This document shows, piece after piece, positions 30,730 to 40,350 of a stretch of 64,000 bases of DNA. Both the position numbers and the translations under genes were made by a program. Where the stretch lies: assembly GCA_040403555.1 (NCBI GenBank), contig JBBAKN010000004.1:173495-237494 (forward strand), given 5' to 3'. Positions within the stretch are counted from its first letter, which is position 1; each line of letters begins with the position of its first letter. This DNA comes from Sphingobacteriales bacterium. GTDB taxonomy: Bacteria; Bacteroidota; Bacteroidia; Sphingobacteriales; Sphingobacteriaceae. The notes under the pieces are model-generated. The model saw only the letters and a program-made list of their open reading frames with translations. It searched no databases and was not told the DNA's origin.

Positions 30730-32118
30730 TTAGTTCTTTTTTGGAGCGTGTTCCGCTTTCCATTGTTGGCTAAACGATTGTTCGGCCACTTGAGGTAATT
30801 CGCGGTGTTTAGCCCAGCTTTTAGAAAAGAATTTTTGGAGTAGACGGTTTTTCGTTTTTCCGCTAAAGAAATCCATCAGTTTGCGGCTTTTCATTCCTTT
30901 TTTCCAGAAAAACCAGCCCCAATTTTCGGTACGGGTGCTTAGGCCTTCGTTTATCGCATCGCGGCGGTTAAGCAAAAGCATTTTATGGATATCAATTTTT
31001 ACAGGGCATACTTCGGTGCATTGGCCACATAAACTAGAGGCATAGCTGAGGTGTTTAAATTCTTCCATGCCGGCTTGGTGTGGCGTAATTACCGAGCCAA
31101 TGGGGCCGCTGTAGGTAGTTTCGTAGCTGTGGCCGCCAATGTTTTTGTATACCGGGCATGAGTTTAAGCAGGCACCGCAACGAATGCAGTATAGGCCTTG
31201 GCGTTGGTCTTTTTGTGCCAAGAGGTTGGTGCGCCCGTTATCGAGCAAAATCACGTACATTTCTTCGGGGCCATCGCTTTCGTTCTCTTGGCGGGGGCCA
31301 CTTAAAATGGTGTTGTATACGGTTAGGTTTTGTCCGGTGCCGTGGGTAGATAGCAAGGGCCAAAATAAATCTAAATCGGCCATGGAAGGAATCAGTTTTT
31401 CGATACCCACAACGGCAATGTGTATTTTAGGGAAGGTGGTGCTTAGACGAGCATTTCCTTCGTTTTCTGTTAGGGCAATGCTGCCCGTATCGGCCAATAA
31501 AAAGTTGGCGCCGGTAATGCCAATATCCGCAGTGGTGTATTTTTCGCGAAGCAGTTCCCGAGCTTTTTGGGTTAATTCTTCCGGCGTGGCGTTAGGCTCG
31601 GTGCCAAATTTCTCATGGAATAAGTCGGCAATGGCTTCTTTGCTGAGGTGCATGGCCGGAGTTACAATGTGGTAAGGCTTTTGGCCCAATAGCTGCACAA
31701 TGTATTCGCCCAAATCACTTTCTAGGGCCTCCACATTATGTTTCTCTAGAAATTCGTTTAAATGAATTTCTTCGGTAACCATAGATTTGGCTTTAATAAC
31801 CGTTTTGGCACCCGATTTTTTAATAATATTTAAAATTTCTTGCCTGGCTTCCTCGGCGGTATTGGCCCAAAGTACTTTGCCGCCTCTGCGTTGAAAATTG
31901 CTTTCGAACTCGGGCAATAACTTGTCCAAATTCTCCATCACTTTCCATTTAATTACGTGGGCTTTCTTTTTGGAGGCTTCTAGGTTTGCCAAGCGACTTA
32001 ATCCACGCACCACTGCCGCATCGTATTTACCAATATTGTGGTTAATAATTTGGCGGTGGCTTAAATCGAAGGCCTTTTCGGTGCTCTTCTCTTGAAATAC
32101 GTGGGCCGTGTTGGACAT
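30730..32118 (-). CDS. lutB: LutB-type iron-sulfur lactate-utilization protein (LUD domain + 2x[4Fe-4S])
   Basis: 462 aa. The ferredoxin motifs are CIRCGACLNSCPVY and CGQCTEVCPVK. The N-terminal and middle region is LUD-like. Confidence 0.75.
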   Translation of the reverse strand: MSNTAHVFQEKSTEKAFDLSHRQIINHNIGKYDAAVVRGLSRLANLEASKKKAHVIKWKVMENLDKLLPEFESNFQRRGGKVLWANTAEEARQEILNIIKKSGAKTVIKAKSMVTEEIHLNEFLEKHNVEALESDLGEYIVQLLGQKPYHIVTPAMHLSKEAIADLFHEKFGTEPNATPEELTQKARELLREKYTTADIGITGANFLLADTGSIALTENEGNARLSTTFPKIHIAVVGIEKLIPSMADLDLFWPLLSTHGTGQNLTVYNTILSGPRQENESDGPEEMYVILLDNGRTNLLAQKDQRQGLYCIRCGACLNSCPVYKNIGGHSYETTYSGPIGSVITPHQAGMEEFKHLSYASSLCGQCTEVCPVKIDIHKMLLLNRRDAINEGLSTRTENWGWFFWKKGMKSRKLMDFFSGKTKNRLLQKFFSKSWAKHRELPQVAEQSFSQQWKAEHAPKKN

Positions 32119-32152
32119 AGAGCGAATTTAGGAAAAAGCATTCGCAAACGGA

Positions 32153-32187
32153 TATAAAAAAAACCCCCGAATTTCGGGGGCTTTTTT
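32153..32187 (-). terminator. Intrinsic terminator after the M28 peptidase gene; A/T tracts on both sides, so possibly bidirectional
   Basis: Stem cccccga (32164-70) pairs with tcggggg (32174-80), flanked by aaaaaaaa and tttttt. Confidence 0.85.
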
Positions 32188-32203
32188 GTACTGCTCGGAT
32201 AGT

Positions 32204-33784
32204 TTATCTATCGGCAGGGAAATCGTTTTTCACGTCTACTACCGGGGCTTTATCGCGGTTAGCAATATCCCAAGCGGTAAAGAATACCAAACGGGCACGT
32301 TTAGCCAGCATATCAAAATTGATTTTGCTCACTTCGTCGCTTGGTTTGTGGTAATCTTCGTGTACGCCATTAAAGTAAAAAATAATGGGAATACCGTGTT
32401 TCGCAAAGTTGTAGTGATCAGAACGGTAGTAAATACGTTCCGGATCGTTCGGGTCGTTATATTTATAATCGATGGTTAAACGAGAGTAGGTAGCGTTGGT
32501 GTATTCGCTAATTTTGTGCAAATCGCTACTTAATTTGTCAGAACCAATTAAGTATATGTAATCCGGATTGTCTTTGTGTTTCGGATCAACACGCCCAATC
32601 ATATCGATGTTTAAATCGGTTACTGTTTTTTCTAATGGAAAAATTGGGCTTTCTGAATACCACTCGGAACCTAATAACCCCTTTTCTTCGCCACAAACCG
32701 TTAAGAATAAGATGCTACGGCGTGGGCCATGGCCTTCTGCTTTTGCTTTGGTAAAGGCTTGCGCCATTTCCAATACACCGGTAGTTCCAGAACCATCGTC
32801 ATCGGCACCGTTATTTACTTTATCGGTACCCTCTGTAGTTAAACCAATATGGTCGTAGTGACCGCTTACTACTACAATTTCGTCTTTCAAATCGGTACCT
32901 TCCAATAAGCCCATTACGTTGTCGGCTTTGGCGTTGCTCACTTTAGAAAGCACGCTAGCTTGTATACTGGTTTTAACTGCTTTTGAAGCTGGTTTGCTGC
33001 TACTTGCAATGCCCGCAGTTAAGTCGGTAATGCTAGTTTTAGTTTTCGCTAAGATGGCATTTGCTACAGCTTTAGAAACAGTAATTACCGATGCTTGTAC
33101 CGGCTGATTGGGTTTGTCTAAAATTAAACGAGCGGTTTGCAAATAGCTAGCCATACGTTTAAGGTTATTTTCCACATCAGGGTTAAAGCTGATAATTAAG
33201 GCTGGGCTCTTGCTTTGCAAATTGCGTAAGCGTTTAGCAGCATTCCAAGAAGAGGCTTTTTCTGTTCCGGTAATTATAGATTTTCCGTTTACAAAAGGTT
33301 CTTTTTCGGTAGAATAAAGTACTACTTTGCCTTTAAGGTCTAGTCCAGCCAATTCATTGAATTTTTCATCTTCAATGCCATAGCCTACAAAAACCACTTC
33401 GCTAATGCTTTTGGTGAAATTTACTTTAGAGCTTGAGGCGTAAAAATCTTTAAAATTGGTAAAGCTTTGTTTGCCTACTTTTAGTGTAGAGTTGCCCGGA
33501 GCAATTTCTACCAAAGGCACTTTTTGCAAATAGCTGCCATTTACCGGCGCTATTAATCCAAGGCTTTTAAATTGAGCCGAAATGTATTCGGCAGCTTTCC
33601 ATGCGCCCGGTTTTCCGGTTTCGCGGCCTTCGTATTCATCAGATGCAAGTACCGACAAATGTTTGTAGGCATCTTCTTTGGTAATGTAATTCCCGTATTT
33701 AACGGCAATTTTATCCTGTGCTCGAGCGGCATTGCCTACTAACAAGGCTGCTGCAAGGATAAAGATGGAACGATTGTGTTTCAT
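32204..33784 (-). CDS. M28-family aminopeptidase with a PA domain, secreted
   Basis: Signal peptide present. Contains SGHYDHIG, GADDDGSGTTGVLE, CGEEKGLLGS and HEDYHKPSD. Confidence 0.8.
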   Translation of the reverse strand: MKHNRSIFILAAALLVGNAARAQDKIAVKYGNYITKEDAYKHLSVLASDEYEGRETGKPGAWKAAEYISAQFKSLGLIAPVNGSYLQKVPLVEIAPGNSTLKVGKQSFTNFKDFYASSSKVNFTKSISEVVFVGYGIEDEKFNELAGLDLKGKVVLYSTEKEPFVNGKSIITGTEKASSWNAAKRLRNLQSKSPALIISFNPDVENNLKRMASYLQTARLILDKPNQPVQASVITVSKAVANAILAKTKTSITDLTAGIASSSKPASKAVKTSIQASVLSKVSNAKADNVMGLLEGTDLKDEIVVVSGHYDHIGLTTEGTDKVNNGADDDGSGTTGVLEMAQAFTKAKAEGHGPRRSILFLTVCGEEKGLLGSEWYSESPIFPLEKTVTDLNIDMIGRVDPKHKDNPDYIYLIGSDKLSSDLHKISEYTNATYSRLTIDYKYNDPNDPERIYYRSDHYNFAKHGIPIIFYFNGVHEDYHKPSDEVSKINFDMLAKRARLVFFTAWDIANRDKAPVVDVKNDFPADR

Positions 33785-33809
33785 GTTTTATTAAATTTAG
33801 TTTATTTAT

Positions 33810-34247
33810 TTAGCAAGATATTTTATGTACTCTGTTGGCGTGTCTGCCGCCTTCAAAATCAGTTTTTAAAAAGGCATCGCATATGGCTTGTGCATCGGCT
33901 TCGGAAATAAAACGTGCAGGCAAGCACAATACATTTGCATTGTTGTGGGTGCGGGCTAGTACGGCCAATTCTACGGTCCAGCAAATAGCCGCTCGTATGC
34001 CTTGGTGTTTGTTGGCTGCCATGGCTACGCCGTTGGCGCTGCCACAAATCAGAATGCCCAAGTCGTATTCGCCGCTTTCTACAGCTAAGGCTACGGGATG
34101 TGCAAAGTCGGGATAATCTACCGAATCGGTGCCATACGTACCAAAATCTTTGAGTTCGTTTTGGCTAAGGTGTGCCAATAAGAGTTGCTTGTAGGCAAAT
34201 CCAGCATGATCGGCTCCGAGAGCAATGCGCATTGGTTTAGTTGACAT
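33810..34247 (-). CDS. rpiB: Ribose-5-phosphate isomerase B
   Basis: Contains RIALGADHAGF and ICGSANGVAMAANK. An alternative start is Met6 (34232). A TAcaTTTG box (34252-34259, minus strand) lies 4 nt upstream of the annotated ATG. Confidence 0.9.
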   Translation of the reverse strand: MSTKPMRIALGADHAGFAYKQLLLAHLSQNELKDFGTYGTDSVDYPDFAHPVALAVESGEYDLGILICGSANGVAMAANKHQGIRAAICWTVELAVLARTHNNANVLCLPARFISEADAQAICDAFLKTDFEGGRHANRVHKISC

Positions 34248-34309
34248 AACTCAAATGTAAATTTTTCTGCGCTAGCTTTTCGTAAAATTTTGATGATAAT
34301 TTAAAACAC

Positions 34310-35182
34310 TTAGTTGCTGTAAAATTCAACTTCACTTTTTTTACGCTTCCGATCTACTTTTGCAGATACCAGAATACTAATTTCGAATAATAAAAATAGT
34401 GGGAAACTTACGGTAAGCATGGTAAATATATCGGGTGTAGGTGTTACTAGTGCCGCAATGATGAGTATGAGCACGGTGGCATAGCTGCGGTTTTTACGCA
34501 TAAATTTAGGGGTCATCATACCTAATTTTGATAAAATAAAGATGATGATGGGCAATTCGAAAATTATGCCAGTTCCTAAAGTTAGGGTAGCTACGGTAGA
34601 TAGATAGGAATCGATACTGATATTGTTTACAATAATACTGCTAATGGTGTAGTTTGCCAAAAAATTTATAGAAAGTGGGCAAATGATGTAATAGCCAAAC
34701 AAAATGCCCAAAATGAATAAAATTGTGGCAAAAAACACAAAGCCCGTGGCTGATTTGCGTTCATTTGTTCTAAGTGCGGGTTTCACAAAGCGCCAAATTT
34801 CCCAAAGTAAGTATGGGAAACCTAAAATTAAACCCACAATAAGTGCCGAGTTAATTTGCAGGGTAAATTGCCCTGCCATTTCGGTATTTATAATGTTAAA
34901 CGGAATTTCTTTAATGCAAAACTCGGGGCCAAGATTAAAGCGTTCCCCTAGTTGGCACATCATTCGGTAGGTCCAAAAATCTGGTTTTTTGGGCCCCATA
35001 ATAATGGTATCGAAAATAAAATCGTAATAAACGAAGGTTAAAGAAGTAAATACCACAATGGCCAATGCGGCCCGAACTAAGTGCCAACGTAATACTGCTA
35101 AATGTCCAAAAAACGACATTTCTTCTTCGAGTGTAGCTGGCTTCCTCGATTTTTTGGCTGTATTTTGTGTTTCTTCGCTCAT
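34310..35182 (-). CDS. tatC: Twin-arginine translocase subunit TatC
   Basis: ATG at 35182; the track ORF starts 7 codons earlier. Six hydrophobic segments. Contains FFGHLAVLRWHLVRA and FPYLLWEIWRFVKPAL. Confidence 0.9.
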   Translation of the reverse strand: MSEETQNTAKKSRKPATLEEEMSFFGHLAVLRWHLVRAALAIVVFTSLTFVYYDFIFDTIIMGPKKPDFWTYRMMCQLGERFNLGPEFCIKEIPFNIINTEMAGQFTLQINSALIVGLILGFPYLLWEIWRFVKPALRTNERKSATGFVFFATILFILGILFGYYIICPLSINFLANYTISSIIVNNISIDSYLSTVATLTLGTGIIFELPIIIFILSKLGMMTPKFMRKNRSYATVLILIIAALVTPTPDIFTMLTVSFPLFLLFEISILVSAKVDRKRKKSEVEFYSN

Positions 35183-35240
35183 TTGGAGCTGTAAAAATAC
35201 CATTCTTTTGTTCTAGAATGACATTTTCTTGTAGATTGTA

Positions 35241-36581
35241 TTAGCTTTTCATTTCAAAGGTATCCATAAACTTGGTAGTGAAATTACCGGCTCTAAAATC
35301 GGGGTCTTTCATTAATTGTAAATGGAAAGGAATGGTAGTTTTTACACCATCAATTACAAATTCGCTTAGGGCACGTTCCATGGTGCAAATGGCTTCTTCG
35401 CGGCTTTGCGCCACGCAAATTACCTTGGCAATCATAGAATCGTAGTTCGATGGAATTTGATAGCCAGCATATACGTGGGTGTCTACCCTTACCCCATGCC
35501 CACCCGGAGAGTGAAAATGTTTGATTAAGCCGGGTGCCGGGCGAAAATTGTTGTATGGATCTTCGGCGTTTATTCGGCATTCTATGGCAAACATAGTTGG
35601 CTCGTAGTTTTTGCCGCTAATGGGTTCGCCGCCTGCTACTTTAATTTGTTCTTTAATTAAATCGAAGTTTATTACTTCCTCGGTTACCGGGTGTTCTACT
35701 TGAATACGGGTATTCATTTCCATGAAGTAGAAGTTACGGTGTTTATCTACTAAAAACTCAATGGTTCCGGCACCTTCGTAATTTACAGATTGGGCACCTT
35801 TAATGGCGGCTTCGCCCATACGCTTACGCAAATCGGCGGTCATAAAAGGTGATGGAGATTCTTCAACCAACTTTTGATGACGGCGCTGAATAGAGCAATC
35901 ACGTTCAGAAAGGTGGCAGGCTTTACCGTATTGGTCACCAATAATTTGAATTTCAATATGGCGGGGATCTTCAATAAATTTTTCAAGATATAATCCGTCG
36001 TTACCAAAGGCCGCACCCGATTCTTGGCGGGCACTATCCCAAGCATTTTCGAATTCTTCGTCTTTCCAAACTACCCGCATGCCGCGGCCACCACCACCGG
36101 CAGTTGCCTTTAAAATTATCGGATAGCCAATTTCGTTTGCAATTTTAATGCCTTGGGCCACATCGCTTAATAAACCTTCAGAACCGGGTATAGTGGGCAC
36201 ACCGGCTTTTTTCATGGTTTCTTTAGCCGAGGCTTTATCGCCCATGCCGTTAATTTGGTCGGGGGTGGCACCAATAAATTTAATGCCGTAATCTTGGCAA
36301 ATAGCAGAAAATTTAGCGTTTTCAGACAAAAATCCATACCCTGGGTGAATGGCATCTGCATTGGTTAATTCGGCAGCTGAGATAATATTGGGGATACTTA
36401 AATATGAATCTTTGCTGGGTGCTGGGCCGATACAAACGGCTTCATCTGCAAAGCGTACGTGTAAACTTTCACGATCGGCGGTAGAGTACACGGCTACGGT
36501 TTTAATACCCATTTCTTTGCAGGTACGAATAATGCGTAATGCAATTTCGCCACGGTTGGCAATTAATATCTTTTTGAACAT
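35241..36581 (-). CDS. accC: Acetyl-CoA carboxylase, biotin carboxylase subunit
   Basis: 446 aa. Contains [29 protein letters not shown]-grasp motifs, and [14 protein letters not shown]. Confidence 0.96.
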   Translation of the reverse strand: MFKKILIANRGEIALRIIRTCKEMGIKTVAVYSTADRESLHVRFADEAVCIGPAPSKDSYLSIPNIISAAELTNADAIHPGYGFLSENAKFSAICQDYGIKFIGATPDQINGMGDKASAKETMKKAGVPTIPGSEGLLSDVAQGIKIANEIGYPIILKATAGGGGRGMRVVWKDEEFENAWDSARQESGAAFGNDGLYLEKFIEDPRHIEIQIIGDQYGKACHLSERDCSIQRRHQKLVEESPSPFMTADLRKRMGEAAIKGAQSVNYEGAGTIEFLVDKHRNFYFMEMNTRIQVEHPVTEEVINFDLIKEQIKVAGGEPISGKNYEPTMFAIECRINAEDPYNNFRPAPGLIKHFHSPGGHGVRVDTHVYAGYQIPSNYDSMIAKVICVAQSREEAICTMERALSEFVIDGVKTTIPFHLQLMKDPDFRAGNFTTKFMDTFEMKS

Positions 36582-36636
36582 GAGAATAGCGTTATCGGTT
36601 CGTTAATCGGTTATTGGTACAGATTTACGAATGAAC

Positions 36637-37101
36637 TTATACGGGTTCTACTAAAAACAAAGGCTGATCGTATTCGATTGGGCTGGCATTGTCTACCAAT
36701 ACTTTTACAATGCGGCCTGAAATTTCTGCTTCAATTTCATTGAATAATTTCATGGCTTCTACCACGCACAATACTTGGCCAGCTTTAATATCGTCGCCCA
36801 CATTTACAAAAGATGGTTTATCTGGGCTAGCCGAGCGGTAAAAGGTACCAATCATGGGCGATTTTATGGTCAGATAGTTATCAGATTCGCTAACTACAGG
36901 GGCCGCTGCCGCTGCAGGCGATGTTGCTACGGGAGCCGGAGCTGCTGCTACAGGAGCTGCTGCCGGAATAGAAGCTGTTACCAGGGTTGGAGCCTGATTG
37001 GTCTTTATGGTAATTTTAAAATCGTTTTCTTCGATAGAAACCTCATTTACACCTGATTTGTGTACAAATTTGATGAGATCTTGAATCTGTTTAATATCCA
37101 T
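36637..37101 (-). CDS. accB: Acetyl-CoA carboxylase, biotin carboxyl carrier protein
   Basis: 154 aa. Ala/Pro linker, then the biotinyl-lysine motif CVVEAMKLFNEIEA. Confidence 0.92.
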   Translation of the reverse strand: MDIKQIQDLIKFVHKSGVNEVSIEENDFKITIKTNQAPTLVTASIPAAAPVAAAPAPVATSPAAAAAPVVSESDNYLTIKSPMIGTFYRSASPDKPSFVNVGDDIKAGQVLCVVEAMKLFNEIEAEISGRIVKVLVDNASPIEYDQPLFLVEPV

Positions 37102-37141
37102 TTTTTTCTTATTAAATCAATTTATTAAACTTTCTTGAGTT

Positions 37142-37149
37142 CAAATTTA
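37142..37149 (-). promoter_or_regulatory. Candidate -7 promoter box (TAaaTTTG) for accBC
   Basis: The reverse complement of caaattta is taaatttg, 41 nt upstream of the accB ATG. Confidence 0.35.
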
Positions 37150-37179
37150 AGATAATTATTTCAAATTGCTTTTCGCTGT

Positions 37180-37398
37180 TTAATATGCCCACTTCAAGTA
37201 TACCGAACCCCAAGTAAAACCACCACCAAAAGCGGCTAAAATAAGGGTGTCGCCTTTTTTTAATTTGGTTTCCCAATCGTTTAAACATAACGGAATAGTG
37301 CCGTTGGTATCCACCATTTTTTCGAGTTCGGCATTGTTTAAAACATACTCGGGAACATAGGCGTTTAATGCGGTAATGGCCGCACGATTTTTTTGCAT
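37180..37398 (-). pseudogene. fabH: Remnant of 3-oxoacyl-ACP synthase III (fabH): an in-frame fusion of the N-terminal ~31 and C-terminal ~41 residues, with the catalytic core missing
   Basis: The 72-aa ORF begins [32 protein letters not shown] (like a FabH N-terminus). It continues [40 protein letters not shown] (like a FabH C-terminus). Typical FabH is ~320-335 aa. It sits in the conserved slot after plsX. Confidence 0.7.
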
Positions 37399-37408
37399 AA
37401 ATGGATGT

Positions 37409-38350
37409 TTATGAAGTGAATGCCGCCTTAATTTTGTCTACTAATTTCGACTCAATCATAGTTTTTGACAGCAAAATCATGTTTTTTATAGCTTCTGGGC
37501 TAGAAATTCCATGACCTATAATTACTGGAGCGTTTACTCCTAAAATAGGGCTGCCTCCGTATTGTTCGTAGTTGAAGCGATCGAAAAATTCGTCTTTAAA
37601 TCCTTTTTTAAGGGTAAGTATGTAGAAAGTTTCTGCTAGTTTAAGCATCACGTTTCCGGTGAAGCCATCGCACACAATTACATCTGCTTTCTCGTTAAAC
37701 AAATCTCTACCTTCAATATTACCTGTAAAATTGATGTTTTTTTGCTCTTTCAAGAGTGTGAAAGCAGCTTGGCTTACCAAGTTGCCTTTTTCTTCTTCTT
37801 CGCCAATGTTCATTAAGCCCACTTTTGGATTGCTAATGCCGTATACGGCTTCTGCAAAAATGCTTCCCAAAACGCCGAATTGGGCCAAAACTTCGGGTTT
37901 GCAATCGGCGTTGGCGCCTACATCGAGCATAATGCCAAACCCGTTTTTAAGTTTGGGTACATTGGTGGCAATGGCCGGGCGTTGCACGCCCTCAATGGCT
38001 CGTACGCTAAACATAGAGCCCACTAACATGGCTCCGGTGTTTCCGGCCGAGGCAAAAGAATCAATTTTTCCTTCTTTTAGGTATTGAAATCCAACAGAAA
38101 TGCTGGAATTTGGTTTTTGAGTGATGGCTTTTGTTGGGTGTTCACCCATGCTAATCACTTCGGTGCAATGAACAAATTCAAAGCATGATGCATCAATTTG
38201 CTGCTCGGCTAAGATAGGGAGCGCTTGCTCCTTATCGCCAAACAACACAATTTTTTGATCGGGGGATAAGACTTGCTGGGCTGCAATAGCCCCCAAAACA
38301 GTAGCTTTGGGAGCGTAATCTCCACCCATAAAATCTAAGCCAATTTTCAT
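37409..38350 (-). CDS. plsX: Phosphate acyltransferase PlsX
   Basis: 313 aa. Contains [25 protein letters not shown] and [12 protein letters not shown]. Confidence 0.92.
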   Translation of the reverse strand: MKIGLDFMGGDYAPKATVLGAIAAQQVLSPDQKIVLFGDKEQALPILAEQQIDASCFEFVHCTEVISMGEHPTKAITQKPNSSISVGFQYLKEGKIDSFASAGNTGAMLVGSMFSVRAIEGVQRPAIATNVPKLKNGFGIMLDVGANADCKPEVLAQFGVLGSIFAEAVYGISNPKVGLMNIGEEEEKGNLVSQAAFTLLKEQKNINFTGNIEGRDLFNEKADVIVCDGFTGNVMLKLAETFYILTLKKGFKDEFFDRFNYEQYGGSPILGVNAPVIIGHGISSPEAIKNMILLSKTMIESKLVDKIKAAFTS

Positions 38351-38365
38351 TTTAGAAAATTAAGC

Positions 38366-38557
38366 TTAAGCGATACTGGTGTTTTCGATTACTAATTTAC
38401 CTCTGTAATACAAATTGCCATCAACGTTGTATGCACGGTGAGGTAAGTGCACTGCACCAGTTGTTTTGCAAGTAAACAGGGTTGGAGCCTCTGCTTTGTA
38501 ATGCGTTCTTCTTTTATCTCTTCTTGATTTCGAGATTTTCCGTTTTGGATGTGCCAT
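38366..38557 (-). CDS. rpmF: 50S ribosomal protein L32
   Basis: [21 protein letters not shown], 63 aa. Confidence 0.92.
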   Translation of the reverse strand: MAHPKRKISKSRRDKRRTHYKAEAPTLFTCKTTGAVHLPHRAYNVDGNLYYRGKLVIENTSIA

Positions 38558-38566
38558 AGCTTCCTG

Positions 38567-39109
38567 TTATTTATTCTTGTTTGTAATATTTTTTAAGGCT
38601 TCCCAACGAGGGTCGGCCACTTCTTCTGTTTTTTCTTCTGGTGCTGCTAATTTTTTCAGCGTTTCTAGCATTTCTGCGTCGCACCAGGTCGTTTTTCCTT
38701 CTTCTTTACAGCGGTTAAACGTAGGAACGCCTAGCATAATGTATTCGTAAATTAAAGCGGATACATCAATTTCGTTCTCGTTTTTATGTAGTACAATCAG
38801 TTCGTCAACGTTGTCTTCTAAAAGCTCATCGTTGCTAAACTTTACAATTTCTTGCTGTTCTAAGTGTAGTGGCGTTGGAAAACCGGCCAAACACACATCG
38901 CAGTTCTGAAAAACTTCGCCATCAATTCGAAAATTAAGCACCAACATGGTTTCTTGTTTATCAAATTCTAGGGCTATTTTCAGGGAGCCTTTTTGTACTA
39001 GTGAATACTCAAATTCTTTAAAAAATTGTTCGTTTATCTCGTATTCAAACAAATGTTTCCCGATTTTAAGGCCAGAAAACGGAATTAAGTATTGCTGTAA
39101 AAATTTCAA
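38567..39109 (-). CDS. yceD: YceD/DUF177 family protein
   Basis: 180 aa and acidic. It lies immediately upstream of rpmF, as in most bacteria. Confidence 0.75.
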   Translation of the reverse strand: MKFLQQYLIPFSGLKIGKHLFEYEINEQFFKEFEYSLVQKGSLKIALEFDKQETMLVLNFRIDGEVFQNCDVCLAGFPTPLHLEQQEIVKFSNDELLEDNVDELIVLHKNENEIDVSALIYEYIMLGVPTFNRCKEEGKTTWCDAEMLETLKKLAAPEEKTEEVADPRWEALKNITNKNK

Positions 39110-39128
39110 AGCACGACAGTTAAGCCTG

Positions 39129-39136
39129 CAAATTTA
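39129..39136 (-). promoter_or_regulatory. Candidate -7 promoter box (TAaaTTTG) for the yceD-rpmF-plsX-fabH' operon
   Basis: The reverse complement of caaattta is taaatttg, 20 nt upstream of the start at 39109. Confidence 0.35.
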
Positions 39137-39188
39137 GGAAAAATTATTCTAAGCGGAAACAGTTTTTTTGGAAAAAGGCAATGGGCAC

Positions 39189-40244
39189 TTAATCACGATC
39201 CCTAGAAAGTTTACTCACTTTTAAGGGCTTGGCTGTTAAAGTGGCATTTTCCCTGCGATTTTTAACAATATGAATGGCCGCAAATACGGCTTCTCGGAAG
39301 GATCCGGCATCGGCTTCGTTTTTTCCGGCTAAATCGTAAGCGGTTCCATGATCGGGGGAGGTGCGTACTACCGGCAAACCTGCTGTAAAGTTTACGCCCT
39401 GATGAAATGCCAATTGCTTAAAAGGAATTAATCCTTGATCGTGGTACATGGCCAATACGGCATCAAACTTTTTCCAGCTTTGGTTTGCAAAAAAGCCATC
39501 AGCGGGGTAAGGCCCAAAGGCCAATAGCCCATTTTTATTCGCTTCGGCAATGGCCGGTGAAATGATACTTTCTTCTTCTTTGCCCAATAAGCCAGAATCT
39601 CCGGCATGCGGGTTGAGGCCCAGTACTGCAATTTTAGGTTTTTCAATCCAAAAATCGCTTTTTAAACTTTCGTTAATGAGCGCTAATTTGCTTAAAATTT
39701 TCTCTTTGGTAATGCTTTTGGGTACTTCACTTAAAGGCACGTGGCCGGTAACTACGCCCACTCGTAAATCTTCGCCCATTAAAAGCATAAGCGAATCGGA
39801 GGCGCCAGCTTTGGTTTGAATGTATTCGGTATGCCCCGCAAAGGTGAAGGCCTCACTTTGGATGTTTTGTTTGTTAATGGGAGCCGTAACTAGAGCGTCA
39901 ATTTCGCCGGCTATTAAATCGTTGGTGGCTCTTTCTAAAGATATAAAAGCATATTTTCCACCAGTTTCGTTGGCTTCGCCCAAATCAATTTTCACATCTT
40001 CTTCCCAGCAATTAATCATGTTGGCTCTGCGGTGAAGCGCATCGGCTGCTTGGTTAATTACGTTGAAGCTAAAATCCTCAATTCCCATGGTTTTACGATG
40101 AAAAGAAGCCACTTTGGTTTGGCCATACACAATAGGCGTACAATAATCGAGGATGCGTTTATCTACTAAGGTTTTGATAATCACTTCTAAACCGATGCCA
40201 TTTACATCGCCAATGGAAATTCCTATTTTGATTTTGTCGCTCAT
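39189..40244 (-). CDS. pdxA: 4-hydroxythreonine-4-phosphate dehydrogenase
   Basis: 351 aa. Contains ALVTAPINK, FAGHTEY, GLNPHAGD and TSPDHGTAYD. Confidence 0.9.
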   Translation of the reverse strand: MSDKIKIGISIGDVNGIGLEVIIKTLVDKRILDYCTPIVYGQTKVASFHRKTMGIEDFSFNVINQAADALHRRANMINCWEEDVKIDLGEANETGGKYAFISLERATNDLIAGEIDALVTAPINKQNIQSEAFTFAGHTEYIQTKAGASDSLMLLMGEDLRVGVVTGHVPLSEVPKSITKEKILSKLALINESLKSDFWIEKPKIAVLGLNPHAGDSGLLGKEEESIISPAIAEANKNGLLAFGPYPADGFFANQSWKKFDAVLAMYHDQGLIPFKQLAFHQGVNFTAGLPVVRTSPDHGTAYDLAGKNEADAGSFREAVFAAIHIVKNRRENATLTAKPLKVSKLSRDRD

Positions 40245-40350
40245 ACGTTCCTTCGAATTTCATCGAATTTTGGTGCAAATTACGGATTTGGCCCGAATGT
40301 TCGTCAAATACTGCCTAAACTTTGCTTATTTTGCCTCAAATTTACGCCCA

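Noticed and set aside
31139-31675. 178-aa ORF (plus a 63-aa ORF at 31158-31349) antisense to lutB
   Set aside because: It lies entirely inside a CDS with strong family motifs on the other strand. Its translation is Arg/Ser/Pro/Trp-rich with no recognisable motif, which is typical of a shadow ORF.
34247-34259. Leaderless rpiB mRNA (TAcaTTTG box only 4 nt from the annotated ATG)
   Set aside because: RpiB proteins usually begin M-[KR]-I-A-x-G-x-D-H, which matches the internal Met6 at 34232. The box probably just drives a transcript with a ~15-nt leader.
36775-37056. 93-aa Cys/Arg-rich ORF antisense to accB
   Set aside because: It mirrors the repetitive GCT/GCC codons of the AccB Ala/Pro linker, so it is a compositional artefact.
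37659-38087. 142-aa ORF antisense to plsX
   Set aside because: It is a shadow ORF of a conserved gene, with no motif.
40153-40350. 5' extensions of track ORFs: rsmA here, also rnhB 43526-43651, era 56311-56403, metH 52475-52561, the DUF4292 gene 12503-12577, gmd 713-730 and the tatC start
   Set aside because: The extensions overlap neighbouring genes or RNA elements (the riboswitch and the palindrome). They precede internal ATGs that align with the canonical N-termini of the families.
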